Shown here: in pieces, positions 17,209 to 18,528 of the stretch
Numbering within the stretch: position 1 is the stretch's first letter
Layout of the letters: every line of letters begins with the position of its first letter
NCBI GenBank assembly: GCA_964583985.1
Contig: CAZOYD010000041.1
Span: 14,453-32,980 of the forward strand
Source of the DNA: an uncultured archaeon
GTDB lineage: Archaea; Asgardarchaeota; Lokiarchaeia; Sigyniarchaeales; SOKP01
DNA: 18,528 nt
Direction: 5' to 3'
Made by a program: the position numbers and the translations under genes
The notes under the pieces: generated by a model
Told to the model about the DNA's origin: nothing
What the model saw: only the letters and a program-made list of their open reading frames with translations
The model's database searches: none

Positions 17209-17442
17209 ATTTATGTAATAAACTACACTTTTTTAAATTTTTACATATTCTTGAAAATTTATATCCATAAATTTTTATTAAGATAGATTTTTGTACTAAT
17301 ATAAAGAATGATCAGTTAAAATATAAAGAGTTATAAAGGGGCTTTTTAACATATTTAGTATAGGATAAGATCTTTTGTTATAAAAAAAAGTACTTTTTTT
17401 TTATTTTTTTGTAACAATCATAATAGATTTAGAGATTAGAAA
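17209..17442. promoter_or_regulatory. Divergent promoter between the Arf-like GTPase and the uDENN-Rag operon
   Basis: Minus-strand TTTAAAAA (17237-17230) lies at about -29 to -22 from ATG 17208 with no SD, which suggests a leaderless transcript. On the plus strand, AATATAAAGA is repeated at 17298 and 17320 and TTATAAAG is at 17331. Confidence 0.5.
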
Positions 17443-18111
17443 ATGGAATTGAAAGATTTAGAAAATGAGGAATTCAACAAGTATTATCAATTATTTAAAA
17501 ACGATTTGGACGAAAACCCATTTATTATAGTTATAGGGAAATATGATCATATTTTGGGACCAAGAGCTTTATATTCGTCAGTGAATTTAAAGGATGAAGG
17601 ATTTGTTAAAAATCTCTTGAGAGATGCGTTAAATACCAAAAATGAATTCCTAATTTTAGATTTTAATCGATTTTATTCTCAAATTTATAAAATTGAAGTT
17701 GATGATGAAAATGCAAGAGGAAAAAAACAACTTTATGCTATAATATTAATTCGAGATGTTGAATATCCAATGATCCCTATTCTGCATTTTAAACGAATTG
17801 GCATGATTTTTCGCAAAATAGCACCTGAAGATATTTTAAAAAATAACATTACCGCTTTTGAAAAGTTTTTTAATGAAATATGTGATATATATATGAGAAA
17901 AGGGGAAGTTCTACCATTAGAATCCACCAATTTGCAGATAAGAAGCGGTATAAACACAATTCAAGGGTTCTGTGAATTAATATTAGAGCAAGCAAAAAAA
18001 GAGGATAAAATCTTTAAGGAAGACATTAAAAATTATATCGAGCTAATGCTCGATTCATGTGATGATGTTATAGAAGCATTAGAACAACCCTTCTCCTCAG
18101 CTAGCAAATAA
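17443..18111 (+). CDS. uDENN/longin (folliculin/SMCR8/C9orf72-like) domain fused to a His-less HisKA-like helical hairpin
   Basis: IIVIGKYDHILGPRALY matches the uDENN beta1-'GP'-beta2 motif. VDDENARGKKQLYAIILI matches the FLCN/SMCR8 'DxxARG' arginine-finger loop. The C-terminal NLQIRSGINTIQGFCELILE...IKNYIELMLDSCDDVIEALE matches a DHp pattern with Leu at the His position. Confidence 0.75.
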   Translation: MELKDLENEEFNKYYQLFKNDLDENPFIIVIGKYDHILGPRALYSSVNLKDEGFVKNLLRDALNTKNEFLILDFNRFYSQIYKIEVDDENARGKKQLYAIILIRDVEYPMIPILHFKRIGMIFRKIAPEDILKNNITAFEKFFNEICDIYMRKGEVLPLESTNLQIRSGINTIQGFCELILEQAKKEDKIFKEDIKNYIELMLDSCDDVIEALEQPFSSASK

Positions 18112-18127
18112 GAATAGGTATAATAAA

Positions 18128-18528
18128 ATGAGTCAGAATAAAAAATTAATATTAATTGGACCTTCGGGAGTCGGAAAGACTACCATTAAAAATATTTTTT
18201 TTGATAAAGTTAATCCCACTCAATTATTAGAATTTCCTTTAGAACCATCAAGAGGGATTAATTCAGAAGTATATTCTTTTCAAAATACACACTTAGGAAT
18301 TTTCGATTTAGCGGGTCAAGAAAACAATAATTGGTTTTCAAAGAAAGGGAATGAAATTTTTCAGCAAAGCAATGCAATAATTTGTATTTTTGATATCAAA
18401 AATTCCCTTGAATCTATTATCGAATTCATGATAAAATTACATAAACTTAGAGAGGAATTAAATTTATCTCAATGTTATTTTGCTTCATTTTTACATAAAA
18501 CTGATAGAGTAAACCCGACTTATGTAGA
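18128..18528 (+). CDS. Rag/Gtr-like small GTPase, 3' end runs off the window
   Basis: Not in the ORF track. Manual translation: MSQNKKLILIGPSGVGKTTIKNIFFDKVNPTQLLEFPLEPSRGINSEVYSFQNTHLGIFDLAGQENNNWFSKKGNEIFQQSNAIICIFDIKNS...FASFLHKTDRV. It has G1 GPSGVGKT, G3 DLAGQ and G4 HKTD; a His-type G4 and the 'I..IFF' helix after G1 are Rag-like. It starts 16 nt after the uDENN gene. Confidence 0.88.
   Translation, partial: MSQNKKLILIGPSGVGKTTIKNIFFDKVNPTQLLEFPLEPSRGINSEVYSFQNTHLGIFDLAGQENNNWFSKKGNEIFQQSNAIICIFDIKNSLESIIEFMIKLHKLREELNLSQCYFASFLHKTDRVNPTYV

Noticed and set aside
655-17957. Short track ORFs 655..864, 3252..3464, 4283..4540, 5927..6190, 6790..6987, 8732..9004, 12019..12219, 13569..13892 and 17733..17957
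   Set aside because: All lie antisense to, or overlap, well-supported genes and have no recognisable motifs; they are shadow ORFs.
1-18528. CRISPR arrays, tRNA/rRNA genes, IS elements or prophage
   Set aside because: I saw no regularly spaced repeats, GC-rich structured RNA segments, transposase or integrase motifs, or terminal inverted repeats.

Overview
Very AT-rich archaeal window, most likely from an Asgard archaeon (Lokiarchaeia-like). This is inferred from GGTGA/GGAGG ribosome-binding sites, all-cytoplasmic multi-PAS kinases and eukaryote-like small GTPases. Positions 1-15640 are a dense two-component signalling cluster. It holds a Cph1/Rcp1-type PAS kinase with two tandem Rcp1-like receivers, a sensorless REC-HisKA-HATPase kinase with a CheY-like partner, a HATPase pseudogene, two giant REC-(PAS)n hybrid kinases, and two paralogous regulators with the architecture [short Trp-rich motif]-RHH-pseudoHisKA-REC. 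Positions 15736-18528 are a GTPase module: an Arf-like GTPase with a Rad51-N/HhH-like N-terminus and a polyproline plus amphipathic-helix tail, transcribed divergently from a putative operon. That operon encodes a folliculin/SMCR8/C9orf72-type uDENN (longin) protein that keeps the 'ARG' arginine-finger motif and is fused to a His-less HisKA helical hairpin, followed by a Rag/Gtr-like GTPase cut off by the window edge. The main hypothesis is a system in which His-less HisKA (DHp) hairpins couple two-component signalling to a FLCN-like GAP acting on Rag/Arf GTPases and to RHH transcription factors. Several genes appear to start at ATA. All domain calls come from motif reading by eye; no searches were run.
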